Shown: one piece after another, positions 28,200 through 44,922 of the stretch
How the letters are laid out: the number at the start of each line of letters is the position of its first letter
How positions within the stretch are numbered: position 1 is the first letter of the stretch
Assembly: GCA_964016885.1 (NCBI GenBank)
Contig: OZ024753.1
Location: 25,978,001-26,042,000 of the forward strand
Reading direction: 5' to 3'
DNA: 64,000 bases
Source of the DNA: Eledone cirrhosa
Taxonomy: Eukaryota
Program-made: the position numbers and the translations under genes
Notes under the pieces: generated by a model
Databases searched by the model: none
The model's input: the letters and a program-made list of their open reading frames with translations, nothing else
Told to the model about the DNA's origin: nothing

Positions 28200-29170
28200 T
28201 ATAGAGTAAAGCATGTCCAGAGAATTATTTGATAATATATATACATCATCTCTACTCCCAATCAGCATAATTAACTACACAAAAAATCAATTAGACCAGG
28301 TTATAAGAATAAAAGGCATTTATGAAGAAACAGTAAATAAATACGCCACAGCAGCGTCTTCGCGTCCAACCGCTATAGAATATTTACCCAACATTTCAAC
28401 AGCACGTGGAAATTAATTAAATATACGGTCAACCATACATAATTAGGTAAAAATTAATATTAGAAATGCTTATATACATACCAGGATTAAATCACTAAAT
28501 CCCGACCCTAGGGTTTCGCTCACTTTTGAGATACCTTATTAAGGTTCATACTCGAGTTTAGAGCTCTTCAGGGGATAAACTCGCTAGGACATATTATTTT
28601 CCGAAGTGGCCCCCGCCAAACACGAATTCAAAATGGTTGAGAACTGTGACGTGGCAGTGGTCAAGTCAGGAAGGGTGTGATTGGTTGCTTACGGCGAGTG
28701 GGTTGGTTGCTAGAAAGCGCAGCACAATATCGCCCAAATTTTTATCTCAACCTTATGGGAGATTATTAAATATAAATATTTACACATACACCAATTAAAC
28801 AAAGTCACAGGTATATATGTGTTTTGGCAACTTTTCACGATGTGGCTCAATGGAGAATTAATAAATTAATCAGAGCAAAATACTTCATAGATGCCTTTTA
28901 TTGGAGAATTAATAAATTAATCAGAGCAAAATACTTCATAGATGTCTTTTATTCTTATAGCCTGGTCTAATTGGTTTTTGTGTGGTTAATTATGCTGATA
29001 GGGAGTAGAGATGATGTATATATATTATCAAATAATTCTCTGGGCATGCTTTACTCTATAGTATTTTGCTCTGATTAATTTATTAATTCTCCATTGAGCC
29101 ACATCGTGAAAAGTTGCCAAAACACATATATATCTGTGACTTTGTTTAATTGGTGTATGTGTAAATATAT
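28195..29170 (-). mobile_element. Penelope-like pLTR/retrozyme-type element with internal inverted duplications, flanked by (TA)n
   Basis: Contains the HHR; 28195-28325 is inverted at ~28955-29065 and 28776-28882 is inverted at ~29060-29167. Confidence 0.6.
28499..28576 (-). ncRNA. type I hammerhead ribozyme, complete, with extended stem II
   Basis: Minus strand: ATCCC-CTGAAGA-GCTC..GAGC-GAAA-CCCTAGGG-TC-GGGAT; canonical core, GUC site, palindromic helix III. Confidence 0.9.
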
Positions 29171-29180
29171 ATATATATAT

Positions 29181-30530
29181 ATGAGCCTTACCCTCCTTGA
29201 TCTTCTTGGTTCTCTGAAGCTCCTCTCTGGTGAAGGGTCCTATCCAGTTCCTCAAACAGCTGCCTGATCTCCCGAGTGTTCTGGGTTGTGGTGCACGGCA
29301 CTCCTAGTAGGGTCCTAAATAGGTCCAGCCATTTCCTCTTCCTATCCTCGGGCCATGTTTCCTGGATCTGACTCGAATCCCTTCTCTTCCTCCCTGTGAT
29401 CTTGTTGATGATCATCCACCTCCCCTACACCGAGAACTGTCAACCGCTCTCTCTACACTTCTGATCTTCTCTATCAGTGCCTCCTCTCTGGCCTCAGTGT
29501 AAGCGATACAGAATTCTTCCTTATTCACCTCCATATTCTCCTTCCTCTCCTCCGTAGGATCAGCATAGAATTAGACCTTGGCAGCTTTCAGGTGTTCTCT
29601 GGCTGCACACACTTTTGGGTCTGCAGAACTGACGTGCTTCCTCTTCTTCTCTCTCCTCCGCACCAGGGTCTCACTTGCTTCCGCCACTGCAGTGGTGAAG
29701 TACCCGTACCTCCTCGTCACACTCTCCTCAGTCCCTCCAGTCTCACTCTCCTCATTCCCTCCAATCTCACTCTCCTCAGTCCCTCCAATCTCTCTCTCCT
29801 CTCTCTCTCAACACAGAGCACTGAACCTATTCCTCACTTCTACTGTGAACCTCTCCTGCAGCTTATCATCTTCCTTGAAAGCTCCCCAGTCATAGATTGC
29901 TCTGCGGCGCTGAACCTTGCTCTTTCTTAAGCTCACCCGGACCTCACTCATAACAAGCCGGTGGTCACTACCCAGTATACTGAAATAGTTGTATGGTTCT
30001 GTGTTCAGAACACTATTCCGCCACTTTTTCCTCACCAGAATGAAATCAATCTGGGACTTGGACAGGTGCATATCTGAGATTTCGGTCCACATCTTCCCCG
30101 GATTATTCCTAAACCTTAGGTTTGTTGCCATCAAGTTTGCCTCCAGCAGGGTGTCCCTCAGTAGTCTTCCATTTCGGTTGGTGTTCTTATGGAATTACCA
30201 GCAAGGATGTTCACTGCCCTCCTTACTCAGATGTGCATTGAAGTCCCCCAGAACAAGTAGGATGTTATGAGCTTGTGTGGTGTTGACAGCTCTACACACC
30301 TCCTCATGGAACTCCTCCGCACTCACATCACTGTCTCCCTCGGTTGGACTATAGGCTGAGATGACTGTCAGTCTTGGGTTTCCATTGAAGGTCACCCTCA
30401 ACACTCGCGGGGAGAAAAGTGTGATTTCCCCCACCAATAGATTGGTTTTTGCACTGAACACAAAACCCACTCCTTCTACTGCAGCATTGTGTTCCTCACT
30501 GCTGATGTGGGCTCTAAACCAGCACAACCA
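29181..30530 (-). mobile_element. RTE-like LINE, APE endonuclease region
   Basis: VISAYSPT, LVLGDFNAH, SQIDFILVRKKWRNSV and GSDHRLV motifs in ORFs 30195-30527 and 29808-30134. Confidence 0.85.
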
Positions 30531-30791
30531 TAACGACCAAACTGCTCCTTGAAAGTGTAGTTAGGGGCTCAATCCTAGTGCTGTTAAATACCCTCTCCAT
30601 GGTTCTTTTTAATGGCGGATAATACGTTACCGGCGCCACTCGAGTAAGGTAATTATTTAACCCATAAATGGGGCCCTAACAGGTACTACTAGTCCGGGCT
30701 TAAGCAGACCTAGGAGTGATAATAACTAAGGAGTAACTTCACATTCCCCACAGCTCCTGAACTCCCGAACTGAAGCCTTGCCACTGGATGC

Positions 30792-31190
30792 AGGCTCATG
30801 GAGTAGATGGAGTGGCATCAGAGGTGATGAAGAGGTGTGATTTTGATGTAACCAGGCACTGGAGAATGGAGGGAGATCTCTGTAATACTAACAACTACAG
30901 GGGGATCACACTGACATCACTTGTGGCAAAGACCCTCAACAGGATGATTCTTAACAGGATCCAGCCCGAGGTGGAGAAGAAGCTCAGTGACAACCGGAAT
31001 GGCTTCAGAGAGGGAAGATCAACCACCAGTCACATCCTGATGCCGAGGAGGATATTAGAGGGAGCTAGAGCAAAGTGCCTTCCCGTGGTCATGGTTTTCC
31101 TTGACTTTAGGAAGGCTTTGATTCTGTGGACCGTCACTGCCTAATGAAGATCTTACAGGCTTATGGAATTCCGATGATAGTGGACCTTAT
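30792..31190 (+). mobile_element. RTE-like LINE, RT N-terminal part (opposite orientation)
   Basis: NYRGITLTSLVAKTLNRMILNRI..NGFREGRST..VFLDFRKA. Confidence 0.85.
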
Positions 31191-31201
31191 ATATATATAT
31201 A

Positions 31202-31236
<35 letters not shown>

Positions 31237-32570
31237 TGTATGTATGATATGTTGGGTCACTCTTGACTGCTACTGGTAACATGTAACCCAGTACAACTTG
31301 TCGCATGGTTGACTAAACCGGCAAACCCACCAAGTTTACTTGGTGAGGAGGGTGATTTTGGACACCCTGCAGGACAAAAAACAAAACCTGACAAAGGGCG
31401 GAAGAACTCATAAGGGTCAACGGCCATACAAAAGTGTGTAAATATGAATATACACATGTACATGTGTGTGTATATGTGTATATGCATGGGTGCATGTGTA
31501 TGTATATGCGCGGGGACATAGAAATAGTCGGGCTGGACACCCGATCGCGCGGTTAAACCACTGGGAGTGAAGAACCCCTAGCCTTTCTCAGGGCATTCTT
31601 CTAGGAGAAGGCAACTCAGGAAACTGGAATAACTCCGATATAAAACCTGCGGCTCAGTAGTTACCGATGATGTTGATCTTTTCTTCTTTTCGGGTTATAG
31701 CTACTGTCGCTCAGAGAGTGGGATTGGCTCAGTGCACAGTCTTTCGTCACTTTAAAAATATCTTCACGCACCGGCATTGCACGATAGAATTAATTAATTA
31801 TTATTAATAATCGTGCAATGGCCATACTCGATAACGAGGGGGCAGCCATCATGTATGTATGTATGTATGTGTTTGTATGTATTAAATATTAAAATAGTTG
31901 AAAGACCAAGTATTCCCATAAAAACCCTAATTGGTAAAACATATCCGTTTAAAAAACCTGCACTGAGAGGAAATGCATAGTCTGCAGGCTAAGCCCACAA
32001 ACTGACATATATCTGTGTATATATATATAAATATATATATTTATATATATTTCACCATCTCTTCCTACACTCCGCGGGAAAACATTCAAGAACAAACTTA
32101 CACTATTTTCGCACACACGCAACCATACATCCACACCACACAAAACCATACACACACGTGCGTATCCTCACATACACATACTCAGCCTCCGGAGCCCGCA
32201 TGCCCCTTCTCCCCCACCCCAGCTGACCCCTGTCTATCCACACACACACACGCACACTTACACGCCACCCTATGTACACACTGGTTTTCCTATTACCCGA
32301 ACATGCAACCTCGTTCTTCCCCAAAACTCTCAAACTCACAGCCACACATAAACACGTACACCTACACACATACACATACACCACCTTCCACCCTCCCCGC
32401 TTGGAACTCCCCCCCCCCCATCCATCCACCACCACCCCTACACGCCTCACACCCTTTCACCACTTGTTTCATTTTTTTACCCTCTTTTTAATTTGTTCCC
32501 CCCCCCCTTTTAATGTATTTCCACCCCTCCTCCTCACACCCTCGGAACTCTTTTCCAGGCCACTTTTCTC

Positions 32571-32598
32571 CCGATGAAGGGATTATGTCTGAAACGTC
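32571..32598 (+). pseudogene. degenerate minimal hammerhead motif
   Basis: CCGATGA-A-GGGATTATGTCT-GAAACGTC (U4C); same family as 22.93 kb. Confidence 0.45.
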
Positions 32599-32782
32599 GT
32601 TCCCCACCCCCACTCTCAAGCGTGAGCCTAATACTAACACTTTGTACTTCACTCTTTGTTATTGATTTTGCTTTCTGTTTTAACATATATAACGAAGGAG
32701 GTGTGGTAAGGAACCAGATGGACCATAACGCACCAGAGTACTCAATACTTGGGATAGTAGAGTGGGTAATAGGAAAATGTTT

Positions 32783-32878
32783 GACCCCGACGGCAGAACT
32801 CAAGCCGTTTCGACGGCTATTTCTGGACTTAGTCCACAAATAGCTGTCGAAACGGCTTGAGCTCTGCCGTCGGAGTTA
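32783..32878. repeat. hairpin palindrome (~45-bp arms)
   Basis: CCGACGGCAGAACTCAAGCCGTTTCGAC..GTCGAAACGGCTTGAGCTCTGCCGTCGG. Confidence 0.85.
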
Positions 32879-33103
32879 ATTTTTTCCAATATGAATGTAC
32901 TAGCCGAATGACCCGCCCCTTGCTGCGTTTCACACATTATTTTGTCAGAAAATGATGATTGATTTTAAATCGGTGATATAATTTATGGAGGAAATCTCTG
33001 CATTTCAATATTACCCAATGTAAAATGTAATGCCTGAAAAATTTGAAAACATTATTTTTTATAATATATCAAATCGAAATTACATTATTAATCTTATTTT
33101 AAG

Positions 33104-33296
33104 GGCGGTGGATTGGCAGTATCGGTAGAGAGTCGGACACCATGCTTTGAAGCATAGAGTTACGTCCCTTTATGATCTGAGTTCAAATCCCGCCGAGGTT
33201 AACTTTGCCTTTCATCCTTACGGGGTCGATAAAATAAAGTACCAGTAATGCACTGGGTATTTGCTGGCCTTGTGCCAAAAGTAGATACAATTATTA
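33104..33296 (+). mobile_element. SINE family A, full length
   Basis: A-box and B-box plus conserved body; ATTATTAATCTTATTTT on both sides (possible target-site duplication). Confidence 0.88.
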
Positions 33297-33563
33297 ATCT
33301 TATTTTGTTTCTGTAAATAATTTTTTTTCAAAATATCAATTCAAAACTTTTGTGAATAGGTATATCTTGTCATTTACCTGGGGTTTAAATTTCATATAAA
33401 TGGAAGGGGAAACATTTTCAGCAGGGTTTGTTCCCCCGGTGAACCTTTTGATTAAAGTGAAATATACTTATCCAACAACCCTGGGCAGTGTAGTTTCAGA
33501 ATATGTATGGTTATGGGGGAATATCTCCAAAACACAAACAAACAAACACAGGAACTACAACTT

Positions 33564-33616
<53 letters not shown>

Positions 33617-33754
33617 ATATATATATGTAGGAGGTGAGTTTTATTGTAGTACAATAAAGCAATGCAGATATCGGATAAGAAGCACTCTACAGTTTGTAGG
33701 ACTGGAGTATACATAATATATAAGAACAGAAGATGGTTAAAGGAGTTCCATGTA

Positions 33755-33821
33755 TTTTATTATGCGCATTTCAGAAACAAACATCATCATGCAATAATAT
33801 TTGTGTTTTCATCAGATAAAA
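33755..33821 (-). ncRNA. type I hammerhead motif
   Basis: Minus strand: TTTTAT-CTGATGA-AAACACAAAT..TTTGTTTCT-GAAA-TGCGCA-TA-ATAAAA; paralogue of 23.6 kb. Confidence 0.72.
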
Positions 33822-33951
33822 CAGGAGGACATGATATGAAGGCTAAAAAACACTTGTGGATAGTGCAGTTTTAAATCAACATATGTTGATATGTTGATTT
33901 AAAACTGCACTATCCACAAGTGTTTTTTAGCCTTCATATCATGTCCTCCTG

Positions 33952-34018
33952 TTTTATCTGATGAAAACACAAATATTATTGCATGATGATGTTTGTTTTT
34001 GAAATGCGCATAATAAAA
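33952..34018 (+). ncRNA. type I hammerhead motif
   Basis: TTTTAT-CTGATGA-AAACACAAATATTATT..GATGATGTTTGTTTTT-GAAA-TGCGCA-TA-ATAAAA. Confidence 0.72.
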
Positions 34019-34057
34019 TACATGGAACTCCTTTAACCATCTTCTGTTCTTATATAT

Positions 34058-38136
<4,079 letters not shown>

Positions 38137-38258
38137 AATAAGCAAAGGAATATTTAATTTGTTGGTAATTCAACATATATATATATGCACTCAACAGTTT
38201 GCTGGAGTATAATATCAATGATATTAATAAATGGAAACTATATTTATAAAACCATATT

Positions 38259-38319
38259 TATTCTATTATATATATTTCAAGGGCACAAAAACTTTGGTAT
38301 GCACTCATCAGATAAAATA
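38259..38319 (-). ncRNA. type I hammerhead motif
   Basis: Minus strand: TATTTTAT-CTGATGA-GTGCATA..TGTGCCCTT-GAAA-TATATA-TA-ATAGAATA. Confidence 0.68.
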
Positions 38320-39541
38320 CAAAGTTTGTTTTATAAATATTGACATATCCAGGAACAAGACCTTAACGGTTCAAGTTTCACCTGGATACTATATACAAAT
38401 ATATATATATGCAAATATATATATATATATACAAATATATATATTCAAATATATATATAGTCAAATATATATATATATGCATGTATCTGTATGTATGTAT
38501 GTTCTATACTGATATACACATACATATAGATACATATATATTTAAGCATATACGTGTATATAAATATAAACAGATACGTTATTAATTCATAACTTCTTTT
38601 CATCCTTATGGAGTCGATAACATAAAGTACCAGTCATGCAATGGGGTCGATTTAATCGACTTTCCCCTCTCCCCAGATTTATTGGCCTTGTACCTAAATC
38701 AGAAACTATAATTACTATCATTGTTGTTATTATTATTACCATTTGGTAGGACAGTTTAACCGTGCTGGTGTAATATAACTCAGTCCCTGGGGCTTGAATA
38801 CGTTGATTTACACAACCGAAAATTACCTGGGCGTGCTTGGGGACGTAATTCCCAGTAAGGACGCAGAGAAACGAATCGTTTCATTCACATGACAGAATAG
38901 CTTTAGTTCTTCTCGTTTTCTTCTCCTTTAATTGATCTTTTAAAAAGGAATTAATTTAATAATTATAAGGATTTCGATTACATGTTTACTAGAAGGTTCT
39001 TTTAAAATGTACAGTAATAATGATAGCTGTTATCTTAACATACTCAAACACAAAATAAAATTCAATTATGAAATTTGAGAATTCGTAAATTATAATGTAG
39101 AAACATTACATTTCCCCATTATCAGAGCTAACTCTTCTGGTAAAAATCAGCCTAATTTTGTAATGTGCTCTCAGATTGTTCACAATTTAATGCAAGTGTT
39201 TAAAAGTTACATTTAAAACATCATATCTCACTCCAAAATAAATATTATAGAATGAAATAAAAACCTTTAGAATCTACACAAAAGTTCTGGAGTTGATTAT
39301 TTCCTCATCATTTCACTAGTCGTATATTAATTTAAAATATAAAAAGGTTGTATAAAAGAAAAACGTATGATACACTATTTACAAAGAAGATAATATGCTA
39401 ATGAGGCTAGTGGGGACATCACAAAGGATTATAGTAACAAACTATCACCCCTTTCGTGACAGACTGGAAAAAAAGCATTTTATGCAAAACTCATTTTAAA
39501 TTTTATATGCAAACTTTGAAATATTTTATTTAATGTTATTA

Positions 39542-39726
39542 ATAATTGTTTCTACTTTTGGCACAAGGCCAGCAATAACCCTGTGCATTACTGGTACTTT
39601 ATTTTATCGACCTCGTAAGGAGGAAAAGCAAAGTTAACCTCGGCGGGATTTGAACTCAAAACGTAAAGGGCCATAACTCTGTGCTTCAAAGCATGGCGTC
39701 CGACCCTCTACCGATACTGCTAATCC
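39542..39726 (-). mobile_element. SINE family A
   Basis: Reverse complement of the 33.1 kb copy. Confidence 0.85.
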
Positions 39727-40096
39727 ATAAAGGTCAGCTTTTAGTAGAACCGGCTTTATTGATTACTCAGCAGCTTTTAATATGTCCCTGAAAATATTTC
39801 CATAGTTTGGCTATTGAAAACTTTTCTTTGCATCAAATTGTGGAAATGCTATAAAAAGTGGTGTCTTTAAGAGCGAATGGATATCTAAACCCATCACATA
39901 TATTTTCTTGGGGTTGTTTGTATGATATATAGACCTTGTGTGGAGTATCCGACTAGGACCGAAAACCAGTTAAAGGGGTTTATCATTGTTTCAATTTACT
40001 GGGGATTAGTATTTTCTGGCATATTTACATTTCTACATATTAAAGTGTGTATATCCACACATATATATATATAGTCGCAACATCAGTTACCCGCGT

Positions 40097-40097
<1 letters not shown>

Positions 40098-40183
<86 letters not shown>
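40098..40183. repeat. (TC)n microsatellite
   Basis: Directly visible. Confidence 0.95.
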
Positions 40184-40185
<2 letters not shown>

Positions 40186-41170
40186 GAGAATAAACGTGCT
40201 GCTGGTTGCAAATGGGTTACATATGAATAAAGTGGTCCTTCATCAGTGATCTTCCAACCATCACAGGTATTTCTTCGCTTTAAAGACCATATAGCTCCGG
40301 TTGGTGCGAGCAACGGCTAAAAAAAGTCGTTGGGACACGTAAATAAAGGGGACAGCGAGAGTGTAAACAAACAAAGATGGTGAAGCAACGAAAAATGAGG
40401 AAGAACGAGTCAAGTCCCAAATTTCCATGAATATAAGTTCGGTGAAATCGTGAACGAGAGAGAATAAAGACCAAGCGAAGAAATACATGTGATGGTTGGA
40501 AGATCACTGATGAAGGACCACTTTATTCATATGTAACCCATTTGCAGCCACGCAGCACGTTTATTCTCATATTTACACATATTCCTCCCCCCCCCCCGCT
40601 GTGACCCGTCTATTTCGTTCTTACTGCTTCCTCTTTCTCTGTATTTTTACCCTCTCTAACAGTCACTCTCTCTGTTAGCCTTTTCCTATCCCTTCACTCA
40701 CTCACTCACTCTCTGTTACTACCTCTCCTCCTCCTCCTCCTTCTTCCCGTTTGACCTGTGCGTAATTCTTTTCTTTCACACGCTTGGTCAGGCTGGTTCG
40801 CCTTTTTTCTCTCTCTCGTCTACGATTTCACAGAACTTATGTTCACCGAATTCACAGACTAGATTCCTTCTCCTCCCGTTAGACCTTTAGGGAATTCCTT
40901 CCTTGCTCACATTCCAACCAGGTTTGATGGTCTTTATTCTCTCTCGTTCACGATTTCACCGAACTTATATTCATGGAAATGTGGGACTTGACACGTTCTT
41001 CCTTACTTTTCGTTGCTTCACCATCTTTGTTTGTTTACACTCTCGGTGTCCCCTTTATTTACGTGTCCCAACGACGTTTTTTAGCCGTTTCTCGCACCAA
41101 CCGGAGGTATATGGTCTTTAAAGCGAAGCTTTACCTGTGATGGTTGGTAGATCACTGATGAAGGACCACT
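40183..41170. mobile_element. element with nested inverted repeats and truncated hammerhead 5' halves
   Basis: 40183-40268 is inverted at 40489-40571; ~40230-40472 is inverted at ~40927-41170; GATCA-CTGATGA-AGGACC has no GAAA half. Confidence 0.55.
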
Positions 41171-41621
41171 TATATATATATATATATATATATATACAAT
41201 TACTTTATCGTACACTCAGCGTAGCTCCTTACGTTTGTGTATATATATCTATCTGTGCATGTAAGTATATTACATATGCACGCACACATAGACGCGCACA
41301 CATGCACACGCGCATGCATGCACACACACATATGCATGCACACATACATACATGCACACACATGCACACACATACACACACATATATATACAAAAATATA
41401 TATAAATGTATGTGTGGAGGAGGGCTACTCATATAGATACATAGTTACAAATATATATATATATGTGTGTATATGTATATATATATTTATACAAATGTAT
41501 ATCTAAATGTATTTGTAAATGTGTGTCTATGTGCGCGTAACTGTTGTGTAACCACTTCTACCTAACTCGTCCCATGGACTGAGTGCTCTACCACTACGGA
41601 TATTACCTTCCAGTGTTCCAC

Positions 41622-41661
<40 letters not shown>

Positions 41662-42133
41662 CGAAGGAAATGTGGTAAGGAACCAGATGGACCATAACGC
41701 ACCAGAGTACTCAATAATTAGGGTAGTAGAGTGGGTAATAGGAAACGGCTTGAGCTCTGCTGTCGGTGTCATACTTTTTCCTATTACAGTATATATATAT
41801 ATATAATATGGTTAAAGTATCGTAGGAGAGGATGAAGCGGTAAGATACAAAGAGGTGCCATACAGAATACTAAATGCCATTAGCCGAAGTGTAATGTGCT
41901 CGATGCTTGGATTAGTAGGGTTAAATATTAGAGGTGGTTAATATTTTGCGTAAGATTTAAGCAAAGCTGGAATAAGCAAATGAATGAGTGGATGAAAGAG
42001 TCACAAGGCGTTAAAACATTTCTTTATATAGTAAATACATGATTACTATTTTCGAACAGAATGCATGGCGACGTGAAGTTGTGATAGTCTCTCAACGATA
42101 ATTATAATTAAGGACCTAACTATTGGAATTTTT

Positions 42134-42173
42134 GCCTCCGACGAGGCCTTCTGGCCGAAACACGTGTAAGAGC
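42134..42173 (+). ncRNA. minimal type I hammerhead motif with U4C change
   Basis: GCCT-CCGACGA-GGCC-TTCT-GGCC-GAAA-CACGTG-TA-AGAGC. Confidence 0.65.
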
Positions 42174-42227
42174 TATATAAAGAAATGTTTTAACGGCTTG
42201 TAACTCTTTCATTCACTCATTCATTTG

Positions 42228-42322
<95 letters not shown>

Positions 42323-42613
42323 GGAGAGAGAGATTACACAAGTATCAAAGTTATGTTTAAAACATTTAATCGCTGACAATTGTTTCTTCCAAACTTAAGC
42401 TTGGGGTCCTCGGAGCATTATCAATGTTTGTACATATAATTAACCTCCTATTCAACTGAAGAATCATACAGATACATATATATTGATGTTGTGGACAACA
42501 GTTTCATGTTTACAGGGTGGAATGGATGCGACATATATTATACGAGAATTGTACAATAATACAAATTAAGATTAAAATTAAAATAAAAATTAAAAGCATA
42601 GGATGGAATACAT

Positions 42614-43144
42614 GCGACAGATAATACAAGACAATATTCTAATAATTAGATTAAAAAGATAGTACATGCGTTAGTCATATATAAAGGAATGGAACAAGCA
42701 AATATATCATGTATATATGAGTACGGTATGGCATAGTATTACATGAAATAAAAGCACTTTAAGCGAATATGTTAGTGTATTATGGTGGGTGCAATGCGAT
42801 GATATTTTCTGTATAGTTCAAATTTGTATGTGTGTAGAATATGAAAGTTACAGATTTCATATCCATTACATATGTTAAGTTATATTTGTATTGAATGTTT
42901 GTTATAGTAATGGATTGTAACTTGTTATTGTATCCATATTTATGGAAAATATCATCGCATTGCACCCATCATAATACACTAACATATTCGCTTAAAGTGC
43001 TTGTATTTCATGTAATACTTTGCCATACAGTACTCGTATTATTATGCATGATACATTTGCTTGTTCCATTCCTTTTTATATGACTAACGCATGTACTATC
43101 TATTTTATTTAATTATTAGACTATTCTCTTGTATTATCTGTCGC
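42614..43144. repeat. inverted repeat, ~195-bp arms and ~135-bp spacer
   Basis: GCGACAGATAATACAAG..GATGATATTTTC versus GAAAATATCATC..CTTGTATTATCTGTCGC. Confidence 0.85.
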
Positions 43145-43701
43145 CCCTTTTTTTTCTTTTTTCTTTTCACTTCATAAACCCTGTATTCTTTTTGCACCAT
43201 TTCTTTAACATGTCCAACAGCACCACATTTGATAATGCATAAAAATGCTGAAACCGGTAATAGACAATTATTAAATATATAAATAAATAAATAAATGCCA
43301 TTGTTAATTAATAAATAAATCAACTAATACACTTCACACAAAGTAAAATATTTCATTTTAATCCTTTTCTAACCCAGAAAAAAAAGAAAAACAAAAAGGA
43401 GAAAAATAGATTTTCTCCCTGTTTTCATATATATATAACGGCGATGAATTAGTTTTACGAGGTTTTTTATATGAAATCGTGTGTCGAAACAAATATTGTT
43501 ATACTTGGGGAGGGTCATATTTGTGTAATATTGCCAGAATTAATAACAGAACACACTCACTGTTTGGTTGGTTTTCGCTTTTCGCTTCTGTGTCTTTTAT
43601 ATCAGTAATCTAATTTATTCGGTCCTCAATGTTGCCATTGACTGACCAACGGTCAAAAATAATACAGATACAATATAGACACAAACACATATATATAGTT
43701 T

Positions 43702-43743
43702 ATCAAAGTTCTTTCGTTGCACATCTGCAACATCGTCAGTGGT
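43702..43743 (-). ncRNA. minimal type I hammerhead motif
   Basis: Minus strand: ACCA-CTGACGA-T-GTTGCA-GATG-TGCAAC-GAAA-GAAC-TT-TGAT; weak helix I. Confidence 0.62.
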
Positions 43744-44157
43744 GCTATTGTTTCCTCCCGTTACATTGTATGTCTACGCCATCTTTATTTAGTCTGTTTA
43801 TATATTTATTTATTTGTTTGTTTGTTTGTTTATTTTATTTTGTCTTCTTTGCGCATGCGTTTGCGTGTGTGTATAGTGTTTTGTTTGATGTGTGTTCGTG
43901 ATTGGGTGACTGTGTATTGGTTAATGTATTCTATCTTTACTAGTGTGTGTTTATATGTGTTTGTTGTTATTGTGCTTGTGTATGTATTTATTTATTTATT
44001 TATTTATCTATTTATTTATTTATTTATACTTCTCTTAGGTCAGTGTTGTTTGTTTAGGTGTTGTTGTTATTCCATTCATTCTTTCTGTTTAGCCTTGGCC
44101 TTCTAAGTTCTATTTCACTGGCCTCTCTGATTTGCTTATCTGCTGGGTCATTTTAGC

Positions 44158-44199
44158 ACCACTGACGATATTGCAGATGTGCAACGAAAGAACTTTGAT
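44158..44199 (+). ncRNA. minimal type I hammerhead motif
   Basis: ACCA-CTGACGA-T-ATTGCA-GATG-TGCAAC-GAAA-GAAC-TT-TGAT. Confidence 0.55.
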
Positions 44200-44506
44200 A
44201 AACTATATATATGTGTTTGTGTCTATATTGTATCTGTATTATTTTTGGCCGTTGGTCAGTCAATGGCAACATTGAGGACCGAATAAATTAGATTACCGAT
44301 ATAAAAGACACAGAAACGAAAAGCGAAAACCAACCAAAGAGTGAGTGTGTTAATGTTATTAATTCTGGCAATATTACACAAATATGACCCTCCCCAAGTA
44401 TAACAATATATATATATATATATAACGAAGGAATTGTGGTAAGGAACCAGATGGACCATAACGCACCAAAGTACTCAATATTTAGGGTAGTAGGGTGGGT
44501 AATAGG

Positions 44507-44550
<44 letters not shown>

Positions 44551-44588
44551 TTGCGACGTTTTTTATATGAAATCGTGTGTCGAAACAA

Positions 44589-44718
44589 ATATTGTTATAC
44601 TTGGGGAGGATCATACTGTTGTAATAATATTGCCAGAAATAATAACAGTGAGTGTGTCTGTTATTATTTCTGGCAATATTATTACAACAATATGACCCTC
44701 CCCATGTATAACAATATA
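44589..44718. repeat. palindrome
   Basis: ATATTGTTATACTTGGGGAGGATCAT..ATGACCCTCCCCATGTATAACAATAT. Confidence 0.85.
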
Positions 44719-44781
44719 TGTGTGTATGCGTATATATATTTAAGTGTATATGTGTGTATATATAAGTTTGTATATTATATA

Positions 44782-44922
44782 TATGAGCATACATAGATAA
44801 CGAGGTTCACGCATAAATACACATGCATGTACAAGAAAAATAAGTTTATATATGTATAAACTTATTTTGCTTCTACATGCATGTGTATTTATGCATGAAC
44901 CGCGTTATCTATGTATGCTCAT
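44782..44922. repeat. palindrome
   Basis: TATGAGCATACATAGATAACG..CGTTATCTATGTATGCTCATA. Confidence 0.85.

Larger units (their letters stand above)
43493..44408. repeat. inverted repeat, ~255-bp arms and ~400-bp spacer, each arm ending inward in an HHR
   Basis: ATATTGTTATACTTGGGGAGGGTC..CAGTGGTGCTA versus TAGCACCACTG..GACCCTCCCCAAGTATAACAATAT. Confidence 0.88.

Noticed and set aside
39934-39976. HHR-shaped CCTT-GTGTGGA..GAAA-ACCAGT-TA-AAGG
   Set aside because: Core too degenerate; at most a dead relic
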